A stretch of DNA of 64,000 nt from Eukaryota sp. TZLM1-RC (taxonomy: Eukaryota; Protista; Metamonada: BaSk clade): NCBI GenBank assembly GCA_040285825.1, contig JAUPSS010000013.1, forward strand, positions 186,001 through 250,000, given 5' to 3'. The notes below the pieces were generated by a model, which worked only from the letters and a program-made list of their open reading frames with translations, ran no database searches and was not told the origin of the DNA. The position numbers and the translations under genes are program-made. Below are positions 47,468 to 58,500 of the stretch, one piece after another. Position 1 is the first letter of the stretch; each line of letters starts with the position of its first letter.

Positions 47468-48520
47468 ATGCTGCTAGAAGCGGCCATCCATGAGCATCTG
47501 ATGCCATCGCTGGTTGAGTATAACATTTTGGTGGATTTTTTGCAAAAACCACTCTCCTCAACCACACTGCTCTCTGATGAAGTTCCTGCAGTGTATTCGA
47601 TAGCAACAGCTCCGTTCTCTCCCATCGCCTGCGTATCGTGTGCTGATCACACATTGTATATTTTGCATTCTCAAGGGTCTACGGATAACTCTATCATGGC
47701 CAGGGTTACAGGGCATCATAGATCGCCCCTTTTCATCACTTGGCACAACTACTTACCTATTGTTGGATCAGTTGACTTTTCTGGAGTGGTTATGAGGTCA
47801 CACATAGTAAATAAAACCACAGAGACCCTGCATTTTGGATCGTTACCACTTTGTCTAGCGTTTTTGTCTTCGCCAGCAACACCTACTCTTCTATTGGTGG
47901 CCAATTCTGGTATATTCACCTGGTCCAGTAGTTCAGAAGCGACTTTTGTCTCTGATTTCCCGGATACACGTAATGTACGATCTGCTGCGATTTCAGTTCT
48001 TCCTAATGATGATCTTTTTTTGGCCACATGCCATGAATCAATTTTACATGTATACTCCTGGTCATTCGCAATTCCTGGGTCTGAATGGAACCATATCTAC
48101 ACTGGTTTCTGTAATCTGTTGACCTTCTTTCCTTGTGTGTTTTCTTCTAGTGGTACTCGTCTTGTTTACTTTGATAATCAGGATTCCATTGTGTCTGTTG
48201 ACCTTACACTGTGTAATAACGTCAAACCCTCCACCACTTTTCATTTTTCATCACCCCTTAATGGTCACAATAGCATTAGTGGTGGATCTTTTATCAAGAT
48301 GTATCCATTCGCTAACGAGTCTATTGCTACTGCTGTTTTGCATCTACCACCTAGCATCTCTTCCCCAAAGGGAACGTCTTTGCTCTTTGTGTTGGATGTT
48401 GTCAGAAACTCTGTCATTTTAAAGGTAGAATTCGTTGGAGAAATTAATTGCTGTCAATTGTTCGGAAATGGTGTCTTGATTGTTGGTTTTGCCAATGGAC
48501 AGTTGATAAAACTGTCCTGA
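47468..48520 (+). CDS. Beta-propeller (WD40-like) protein, weakly AMBRA1-like
   Basis: DHTLYI...GHHRSPLFITWH resembles GHRRTP..V.FH. The C-terminus INCCQLFG..LIVGFANGQL is blade-like. Confidence 0.5.
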   Translation: MLLEAAIHEHLMPSLVEYNILVDFLQKPLSSTTLLSDEVPAVYSIATAPFSPIACVSCADHTLYILHSQGSTDNSIMARVTGHHRSPLFITWHNYLPIVGSVDFSGVVMRSHIVNKTTETLHFGSLPLCLAFLSSPATPTLLLVANSGIFTWSSSSEATFVSDFPDTRNVRSAAISVLPNDDLFLATCHESILHVYSWSFAIPGSEWNHIYTGFCNLLTFFPCVFSSSGTRLVYFDNQDSIVSVDLTLCNNVKPSTTFHFSSPLNGHNSISGGSFIKMYPFANESIATAVLHLPPSISSPKGTSLLFVLDVVRNSVILKVEFVGEINCCQLFGNGVLIVGFANGQLIKLS

Positions 48521-49316
48521 TTGGCCTTTTTTGTATAGTTTGTCCTTTTACTGTATTTTTTTGCTGCATTTTGTACATATTTATGAATTAATTGTAATAA
48601 ACCTTTTTAAGTTTTTTTAGTCCGTTTTTCAGTAAATTGTGTTGCTGTTCACAAGTAGTGATTATGATATGTTAATTCTCATGCATCGTCACTGCCACGT
48701 CATCACTCAGTCTAACCAATTCCAGTGATTATTTGTGAAGTTGATTTTGAAGGTGACCAACAACAAAAACAGTACTGAATTAATCCTTAACCATTTGCCA
48801 TATGGAATTAGTTGAAATTCATTGACTCAGGATTTGGCTTCACGTTTTAAGTTGCTTAAAGTTTCACCAAAAGTAGACAATTTTACTTCACTTGACACTT
48901 TACTGGATCAAAGCTCCCTACATTCCTGATTTGTTCAGTTCCTTGCCAATGCAACTTCTGTTGAGAGTATATGAGGAATAATTGAACAGAAGAAAGAATT
49001 GAATTTGAGAAACTGATATAGGTCCCAAACAATGGGTTTACATTAACTTGAACTCTGTTATGAAAATAATTCACAAATAAAGGCAGTTTCATTTACCAGC
49101 TGCTTTTTGTACAAATATGCACTGCAATAAAGAATCAAATTCCAATTCAACTGGCAATTTGAGTTTCATTATCATTATACAGTTTCGTTTAATGTTTACC
49201 TACACTATTGGAAAAATTACCAAAGGTTCCTGGCCCAAAGTTTTTACAAAAAAATGGTAATGCTTTTCTTCCATATACGCTTCCTGGGTATTTAAGCATT
49301 CCTTGTCAATCCACAT

Positions 49317-49388
49317 GCCGGTATGGTCTAGTCGTATGATTCTCGCTTTGGGTGCGAGAGGTCCCGGGTTCAAATCCCGGTACCGGCC
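49317..49388 (+). tRNA. tRNA-Pro (TGG)
   Basis: Cloverleaf GCCGGTA/TACCGGC, anticodon loop TTTGGGT, GGTTCAAATCC B-box, followed by TTTT. Confidence 0.95.
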
Positions 49389-50925
49389 TTTTACCAAATT
49401 TTTGTGAATTTTGATAACCCTTTTGGAATGTTTGATGCCACTACTGTTGTGATAAGGCATGCTAGCTGTGGTTATATGTGGGAGTTTGTAAAGTGTATTA
49501 AGATAAACACAATTTTATTTAATGTTTCACTGTATAAAGGTACTCACTAGTGAGGTACCTTTTATAAATGTGTGAGCAAATAAATATAAAAAAGAATGTT
49601 GGTGTTGCCTGAGGGCTAGGGTAAGGAATGTCAGACATGTAAAATAGAGTTTATTAATAAGTATTGTAAATAAACACAGCGGGAAATGAGCTATAGCGAA
49701 TTTCAATATCATCACTATTGAGGTCTCCATAAACTGAAATACATAAAACTAAATCCAGATACGAATAGCTAAGTCTAAATACAGTCTAAAATAGTGTAGA
49801 GACTAACATTTGTTCCTCATTACTGTGGGGAAACTGTTTTTGAAACAGATTTGTGTGCGTGGTGTATCTTATTCGAATTTGCATCATTTTCCACGTTGGA
49901 CGTTGTTGCTAGAACACTAGAACGTAAATGTGATGAAAAGTTTGCTGTCGAATTTAAAATGCCCTTGGAACTCATCACATGGCCGCCTATTAATGTAAAT
50001 CATATACTTTTCTCTTTTGTGTTGGAAGTTCAGTGTCTTTATGAAATATTGATAACTGAAGGTGGAGTAAATTGTGCAGGAGCTTTTCAGTAGTCGTAGG
50101 TGTAAGCTCTGTTAATAATAATAAACAAAATAAGCACTATAGTGGGCAATATAACGTAGATACACAGTTTTTAAGAAGTCATGACTAATAATGGTCCTGC
50201 TGAGAATAATTGCTGACAGAAGACTTCAAGATTAAGTATTGTGCTTTATCAAATTCTATGACAAGAAACCAAGCAGATAAGCATTTTTTGGAGGAAATCT
50301 TGGTTCGATCCAAATTCTTAAAAAGGAGCTTATTTCTTTTGGAATTTTAATTAGAATAGTTCAACGAAAAATTGCTTTATCAAACACACTTGTAGTGTGG
50401 TTCTGTTACCAATCGCACCACATTCAACCACTGATTATTGCATTTTTATGAAATATTTGGCAAGGTTTTGTGAAAAATGATATAAATGACAAGATTCACA
50501 ATTTAAACAATTAAAATTAACTTAACTTGATTAATGTTTGCCACTTCAAAATCAAAAAAAAAACAGAGCTTAATCTAACACTTTTATTGTGCTTATTCTG
50601 TCATAGCATTAGTGGAAGCAACCAACTACTTTGAAACCCTTTAACTTCTGGAAGTGGCTTCCATTTTACAAGATCATGTCCTTGATGTTTGTACACAATG
50701 TCATCTCAGGGATCACTGACTAATGTTTGAAGAACTGATGAGAATGGTTTCAAAATTGATTCAGTCACATTGTAAAATTCAACCAAAAGTCCTCAACATT
50801 TACCTAGTAAAAACCCCCATGAATGGAATGACAGGAGATTTTCCTCATTCACCTGAACATCAATTTGCTGATTATGAAACTCTGTAATACTATTCAAAAA
50901 ATTAAATTGTAACAATATAAATATT

Positions 50926-52455
50926 TTTTTAAATAAATAAGGATTTTATTTTCTACGAAGAAACAAAACAAAACAAAAACACATAAGAAACAAAATTTTC
51001 CACACCAACTCTTGACGAATCCTTATACAGCTTGGACATCATTAGATTTAAGTACTTGGAAACACTTCTATACAAAGCAATAATGATACGATTCCAGAAA
51101 TTCACTGCAAAATTCTTACCACTTGAACGACATAAATTATCAAAATCATTGAGAAAATTCAAAGCAGACTGACCAATGTTGCCAAAAATCGAGAAGGCAA
51201 AAGGAACAAATGAAAACTTCAAGTAAAAGTTCTTATTTAATAACTCTGTATTTTTGTCTCATTTACGAACCTCAGCCTTGTTCAAGTGACCATTAGAACT
51301 AACTAAAACATCAACAAGATAAATTGAAGCAAAGGGATCAACTGTAGTAAAATCAACAACAACTTGAGAGGAATCCACAAAAGGAGCAATTGAATTATTT
51401 TGATGTGAATCAAACAAATTATTAACGCTATAATGCTTCAACAAGGGTTCTACGTTGCAACTAAAATTGTAACACTTAAACATTTCATATGTCACATCAC
51501 GAACAGTATTATGAAGAACTGACCGATATTGAAGAAATTTTTTACAACTCACAATATGACGGAAATTGGCAGACGGTTTTTCGTTACAAATACAAACAGA
51601 ATTATCCAAAGGTCCATTTGGATAAAACCCTGATCTCAAACGCATGTTTTGTTTCCAAGCTTCATTTGTTAAATGAAGACCAAATGGCCTCAATTGCTGA
51701 AAAATTAAGCTATTGCAATTTTGGATGTCTGATAAAAAGGCAGCAAAGAAGGGATTATTCATCTTAATCACACTAAGTCGTTTAGAAAAATGCAGGTCTT
51801 CAATACCAGTTAAAACAGACTTCTGTAATTTCACAACTGCAAGATAAGGTTTAGCCAAAGATTTTGAAGGTATAGAAGGCAAACTTGAAGGAAAACACTT
51901 ATTCCACACATCAATAGGTAGTTCTTGCACCACGTTTTCGAGGTGTCTCCTTCAATAAAGGATGTGATTCCTTCAAAGGAATTTGATCAAATCGGAGTTT
52001 CCACTCAAAAAGAAAATTTTTCATACCACCAATGAAAGCACTTTTGCATAAATATTGTGCTTTTGAAAAACCAACTCCAGCAAATTTAGGACTAAAAATT
52101 GCATGATAAGGAATTTCTGATGGGCATATTTCCACCAAATTACCTAAAAAATTGGATCTCAAAGCATTAAATTGACGTGCAAATTCATGTAAAATTGTAG
52201 GGGATAAAGAACGCAGAAGGTGATTAATTTTTAATCCAAAACACACATTCAGGACCGAAAGCGCTAAAAGCTTGTCAATTTTGAATTCTTGACTAGCTTA
52301 AAGTTGGTCTTCAATTTTTTCCAAAATTCCTGTCAAAATCGATTTAATTTGTTCACTGATTTCAAAATAGGAGCCAAGAAAACGAATTGCATCTACTTCG
52401 TAATCAACATATTTGATGAAAGTCTCATTAATTGCTAATTCAACATTCTGATTAC
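50926..52455 (-). mobile_element. 5'-truncated non-LTR retrotransposon, subfamily E
   Basis: RFLGS, KINHLLRS, GVG, CIC..HIVSC, HNTVRD, VDFT, PFAFSIFG. TSD CAATATAAATATT at 50913-50925 and 52456-52468. Short A-tail. Confidence 0.88.
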
Positions 52456-52525
52456 CAATATAAATATTATAAATAAAATATTATAAATATAATTATAAAA
52501 TATTATAAATAAATATTTCGGAAAA

Positions 52526-52597
52526 GGCCGGTACCGGGATTTGAACCCGGGACCTCTCGCACCCAAAGCGAGAATCATACGACTAGACCATACCGGC
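52526..52597 (-). tRNA. tRNA-Pro (TGG), identical to 49317-49388
   Basis: Exact reverse-complement copy, followed by TTTT. Confidence 0.95.
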
Positions 52598-52990
52598 AGG
52601 TTGGCCAAGGTAGACGGTTACACACTTAGATTTTTTAACTTTTTTTAGAAGAGTACTCTAAATAACCTCAGTAACCTCAATAAGAGTCTTCAAATCCTAC
52701 GTATTTTGATGTGAACCGATCATGTCCAAGAGTTTGAGTTTAGACATGTGGATGTGGTTGAAGTATTGGAAATTGACATTTCAGAAAGTATTTATTTTCA
52801 GTGAAGACCATACGCTTTTAAATTTTCTTGTTTAATTTCTCAAATTCCTCAAGTTTATGGTCTTCTTTTGAATACTTAATGAATTCGAGAATTCCAGGAA
52901 TAATGGAATTCAAAAATATGGTGAAAACCATAGACAGATGAAATTTTGTGATTAACATGAATTTGCCTGCAGTACTTATTTGACTTTTCA

Positions 52991-53342
52991 ATGGGTGGCA
53001 AGGCAGCCTACATCGGTTTAGGAAAACTATGACACACTTCATTGATGCTTACTTTAGGGAGGTGCTAAAAATGCCCGTTATGGAAGGAAGAATCTTCGTG
53101 ACAACATTCTTGGCATCACAAAACCTGCAATACGAAGATTGGCTCGTCGTGGTGGTGTTAAGAGACTATCATCATTGATTTATGATGAAACTCGTGCATC
53201 CTTGAAGCAATTTTTACGATCAATACTCAGAGATGCCATAATGTATACTGAACATGGACAAAGGAAAACAATGACGGCTCTAGATGTTGTTTATGCCCTG
53301 AAACGTAATGGTAGAGTACTATATGGATATGGCGTGCTCTAG
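52991..53342 (-). other. Strand check: no feature on the minus strand opposite histone H4
   Basis: No minus-strand ORF with recognisable motifs over this interval; see the plus-strand H4 entry. Confidence 0.05.
52991..53342 (+). CDS. H4: Divergent histone H4; exon 1 52991-53026, 31-nt CT-AG intron 53027-53057, exon 2 53058-53342
   Basis: [12 protein letters not shown]|[36 protein letters not shown]...[24 protein letters not shown]. Confidence 0.92.
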
Positions 53343-53899
53343 TAAATTGTTGGGTTAGGGTTCATCATCAATGATGACGTGGCAGTGATGATGCATGAAT
53401 ATATCACCTTTTGTAGTACCTTTGTTATTTGATTCAGAAAATTGACTCTAAATTGTGTTACAAATGTCACTTCAGTTGCGACACGCACTTTGAGCTCCTA
53501 TTTTTACCCTTATAAAAATGAACATTTAATACACCAAAATTCTACTTCCTCAAACTGCACATCTGCTGCCGAAAGCTTACCTACAGTCTTTTCTTTATAA
53601 TATTTTACAACTGATAACAACCAACTAGGTTCCAAGCTGCACATACCCTCAGAAATGGAAAATACAATTTTTGCCATAAGCTTCGGTCAAAAAAAAACTT
53701 TGCAACAAGACCCACCTTGACTGTGATTTTTCAAACTGAATTTTATCATTCTGCTATAGATTTAGTCGAATGATTGTTATTTTCCAGATTTAACGAGTAA
53801 TCGTTTCTGACGAATATTGATTCCTTGAGGTACTTCACCTTCTAATAAACTAATTGTTCTTTCAGTCATTTGATTAATTATGCTGCTGTTTAAATCCAT

Positions 53900-54195
53900 C
53901 CTTTGTTATTGCTCTTCAGAAGGTTCATAATTGGATAGATCAGTCACTCTACCATTAGACTTACTTATTGTGATAAGTGTGTCTTTCCGCATGCTGTCTC
54001 TTATTGTTTTGAATTTGGATGTTTTTTGACTCAAATCTTCGTTGATTTAGCGTGTACCTGAAATGAACATATTTATCTCTCTCAGTTTTTTTAAAAGAGT
54101 CATTCCAGTAGTCGAATTGGCAGAAAAATAGAGTAGATCAGATTTCCCTGGATCAGCAGCAGCAAGGGTCATATCTTGATATTCAAAAGGATTAT
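53900..54195 (-). pseudogene. Fanzor (TnpB-like) remnant: RuvC-I region
   Basis: Minus-strand LAAADPGKSDLLYF (DPG at 54146-54154), then after frameshifts HFRYTLNQRRFESK.SKFKTIR. Confidence 0.75.
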
Positions 54196-54222
54196 CTTAC
54201 AATTTTTTGCTTCAACCTCCTA

Positions 54223-55221
54223 ATGCCTGTGTGCAAAGCCAATGTCGAAGGTTCAGCCTCGTCTTCCCCAATCACAATAGAACTACCATCCTTTGATCCA
54301 GAACAGTATTCACAATCTGGACTTTCTTCATTCTCATACAAACAAGCAGTTTCCCTCTTTCACTACGTCTCCAAGTACTGTTTCAATTTCTCTCTTATTG
54401 CCGATCACTTTCCAGACTATTCACCTGATGATTTGTTACAGGTGTTTGTATCAATATCGACTTTCTTATTAACCAACTATAAATCACATTATACCAGTTT
54501 CAAATGGCTTGAAAACATTTGCAATTCATACGATCCAACAATTGCCAAACATCACACCTTACTCACCGATAAACTTACAATGGCGATTATAAACCAAGAT
54601 GCGCAACAATTGGATACCATAAGAACTGAGTACATGGTCATTAGCAACCTCCACATCATTAATTGCTCCCCCCAGGATTACATAGCACTTTCTTCCACTG
54701 GTCCCCTCACGCTTCCCCCTCTTCACCCTCTTCCTCCGTTCTCGACTTCAATACCACCACCTCCTGAGATCCCCAGAGTCGTGCTTAACTACATTGGTGA
54801 CGCTCCCAGTGTTGTGTCTCCTCAAGAAAAGGAACAACCAGTTCCAATCACCGGGCCTTATAGTTCTTCTCTCTCAAAGTATGGTGTGATTGCTAAGTCT
54901 GAAACTATATCATTCCCTCAAGCTGATGCCGGAATGGCTGATCATATGGATATACTTAATGTATTGATAAGTGAGGGGTTGCCGATTATTGAAATTTTCA
55001 ATGATGATGTCATCAATCAATATCTTGAGTGTTATGAGCTGGCAATCAAAATAGCTATCCAAGACAAGTTCAACCATGCCCTTTCTGAGAGATTGCTAAA
55101 GCTTAATAGTGCAAAAGTAAAGTTGCGGGATAAGTATTCAAGTCTTTGTGAAGATACGATTAATGTTGGAAAGACAAGGAAAACACCATCTAGAACACCT
55201 TCAAAGAAAAGAAGACGGTGA
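54223..55221 (+). CDS. DMAP1/Swc4-like SANT-domain protein
   Basis: IELPSF..EQY...FSYKQAVSLF..V.KY..NF.LIADHF...SPDDL resembles the DMAP1 SANT pattern. Basic C-terminal NLS-like KKRRR. Confidence 0.55.
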   Translation: MPVCKANVEGSASSSPITIELPSFDPEQYSQSGLSSFSYKQAVSLFHYVSKYCFNFSLIADHFPDYSPDDLLQVFVSISTFLLTNYKSHYTSFKWLENICNSYDPTIAKHHTLLTDKLTMAIINQDAQQLDTIRTEYMVISNLHIINCSPQDYIALSSTGPLTLPPLHPLPPFSTSIPPPPEIPRVVLNYIGDAPSVVSPQEKEQPVPITGPYSSSLSKYGVIAKSETISFPQADAGMADHMDILNVLISEGLPIIEIFNDDVINQYLECYELAIKIAIQDKFNHALSERLLKLNSAKVKLRDKYSSLCEDTINVGKTRKTPSRTPSKKRRR

Positions 55222-55559
55222 TTAATTAAAAAGTTAATTAAAAAGTTAATTAAAAAGTTTTATTAGATTAATTCTTATTGAAAATTATTTTAGTTTTCTT
55301 TTTCAAACAAGTTTTTTCATTATTTATTTTGAAATCATACTCATCCTATTTTATTCCATTCTTTGGGAGTTATTCAATAGTTTGTTTCAGATAGAATGTG
55401 TAAATAGTGGATACCATTTTTCAAGGTGCCTGTCTCATGGATTACATTTAGAAATTATTTCTTCTCTTTTAGTTCATTGTACACGATAAATTGTTGTGAA
55501 TTATTATAAAATAATCTTGTTATTATTATTTGAATTTTATACTATATAATTGGTAATTT

Positions 55560-58500
55560 TTCAAAGGCTATTCGTAATAGTTTAGCTACTAAAAGTCCCT
55601 CAATTTATGGACTTCTTTTGAACAACAATGAAAAGCTTTTGAAGACGCGTTTTCATTGTTGTTTGTGGTCAAACTATTTGCCTAATCATTTAAATTATGA
55701 CTGTGGAAAACCTTTTTTGTTTACCCACCTTTTGAACTGTAAACATTTCATTACATTTAAAAGTAAAGTGCATAATAATGTCAGATATCAAATTTATGTC
55801 ATGTGCAAATCACATCGAGTAGATTGCTATTCAGAGCCTCTGTTATCAAAATTAATTCTCAAGGATATATATCGATAGTACGAGTTATAACAGAACTTTT
55901 ATAAATCTTGCGTGGTGATTTGGTTGTTTCTGGCTTAAATGCAAGCTTTACCATTTCAAATGCTATGTCTATTGACCCTTGTACTCCTTTTAATGAACAT
56001 GTCATTAATTCTGATGTCAACATTTTTCTTCCTGCAGGTGCAATATACAGAATTGCTATACATGCGAAACATATTTCTCCTGTCAATGAAGTCTCTCATG
56101 CCCAGTATAATCAATGTCCATTTGTGTTTTCTTTGCTCGGTTCGTTAGGTAAGACTGCTTTGGCCTTTTTTGAAAAATTCTGTGTAGTTGTAAAGGAAAG
56201 GACCGGAAGAATTTTTTATTGTGCTTACTGGCAAAACAGAATTGTGTTTTCAATTTATGAGGGACTTGGCCTTTGGCCCAGAAGTTTTATGAATTACGTG
56301 CTTAAGTCTTGTCACAATTACTGGGATCTAAAATGTTCCAAATTCCTGATCATGCTTATCTTAGTCCACATTATGGCGGTTTAGGTTAGACAGAAGTCTC
56401 AATTCCTACTTTGTGTGCTTTTATCGGTGCATGCAGAAATGCAGTATTTGAGTTTTCTGCAGATTTGGAAGATTTATTAATGACAACGCAAAATTCTAAT
56501 ATTTTTGCAATAAATGAAGAAATTTCACAAACTGATGTAGAGAAATGGAAACGATGCTTTCCCCAATCACTCAATGGCAATATTCCAGAAAAGAATTATT
56601 TAAATTTGAAGTACACTCTTCGAACATTACAGAAACGACTGACTGGAATGTATGAAAATGATTTTTATAAAAATATATGCAGCTCGGCTGTTTTAAATCA
56701 AGTTCTCCACTCGTTGTTTTTGGAAAAAGGTGTTTGTGAAAATCATTCATCAGACCATTGTGCCACGAAGATTTGCACTGTGTGCTAATAATCAAGCGTT
56801 TGTAACAAAAATGAGATTTTATTTGAATATTCCCATTGATCAATTATTATCAAATGAAAAATGTTTTTGTTCGAATTCACCACAGCTCACTTTGCGTCAT
56901 GCTATGAATTGTTCTAAATTGATAACTTATCGTTCTTCATTATATGATGCTGTTAGAGACACTGTTTTCAATATGGCACGTACTGCAGGAATTTCGTGTA
57001 TCAAAGAACCTCTGCTGAAAGAAACATTGTCATTGAATATTTTTGGTTCTGATGACAGAGTTGATGAATACTGTGATTGCATTGAGTACTCTGAAGCAGT
57101 TGTTGACTTTGTCTCCTGTAATGTTGCAAATGAAACTTTGATTCAAAGAAGAAAACTTAATCCTGTACATGCTCTTGAATTGAATGCCAAAGAAAAACAT
57201 AGAAAATATGACAAAGATATTGATGAAGCTAATGCTGATGGAAATGGAACACTTGTTTTTATTGCTTTCCCATTTTCGATAAACTGAAGACTATCCGTAG
57301 CAGCAGGCACTTCTTTGAATAATTCCCAAAAAAATGGTTGAAAAAAACAATGAAACTGTTTGATATCTTTTTATGGCGCTCTCGAATTCAATTTGCCATA
57401 ATTAATAGATTGCCTCGGTTTTTCAATCGAATTAGAGAGGCTTTAGCGAGACAGCAAGCAGATGAAGATTTTGTTGAGGAAATCTTGGTTTCAATGAATT
57501 TCGTCCCATTAGTGATAAGTTTATTTTGTTCAAGAAATTCCCAACCGTTCTCTTTCTAATTTGCAGTTTTGGTGTGAAAAGCTGCAACAAAAATTGTCAA
57601 ACAAATCTGAAAGCTTAAATTTTGATTTAGACTTGGCTTGGCCCTGAAAAAGAGTCCCGCTTTTGCAAATCTTTTACAAGCTATGTATGATAGTACTTCT
57701 TCGGTCATAGTAACAACAATTCTTCAAGCATATGACACTCTCTTAACTGATTTTACTTGGACTTTGAATATGAGATGTCGTTCCTTTATCTGACCTGATA
57801 ATTTACCTCATAATTTAATTTGTAAATGTTCTCGAGAAATTACAAATTACATTTTCCCCAATCATTCAATGGCAATATTCCAGAAAAAAATGTTTTAAAT
57901 TTGAAGTACACTCTTCGAACATTACAGAAAAGATTGACTGGAATGTATGAAAAAGATCTTTATAATAATATATGCAACTCGGCTGTTTTGAATCAAGATC
58001 TTCACTCATTGTTATTGGAAAAGGGTGTTTGTGAAAACAAGTCGTCAGATTCTTCACTTTTTGTAACCATTGTACCACGAAGATTTGGATTGTGTGCCAC
58101 TAATGAAGCATTTGTAACAAAAATGAGATTATATTTGAACATCCCCATTAACCAATTATTATCAAAAGAAAAATGTATTTGTTCGAATTCACCTCAACTC
58201 ACTTTGCGCCATGCTCTGAATTGTTCTAAATTGATAACTTATCGTTCTTCATTACATGATGCTGTTAGAGACACTGTTTTCAATATGGCACAAACTGCAA
58301 GAATATCGTGTATCAAAGAGCCCCTGCTGAAGGAAACACTTTCTCTGAATAATTTTGGTTCTGATGATAGAGGTGATGTATACTGTGATTGGATTGATAA
58401 TCCTGAAGCTATTGTTGACTTTGTCTCATGTAATGTTGCAAATGATACTTTGGTTCACAGAAGAAAACTTAATCCGGTGGCTGCTCTGGATTTTAAAGCA

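Noticed and set aside
50390-50455. HIQPL motif reminiscent of pogo DDE transposases
   Set aside because: One short frameshifted motif with no TIRs.
53352-53362. GGGTTAGGGTT telomere-like sequence
   Set aside because: Fewer than two full units; compatible with chance.
55222-55258. TTAATTAAAAAG x3 tandem repeat after the DMAP1-like stop
   Set aside because: Simple low-complexity duplication with no further structure.
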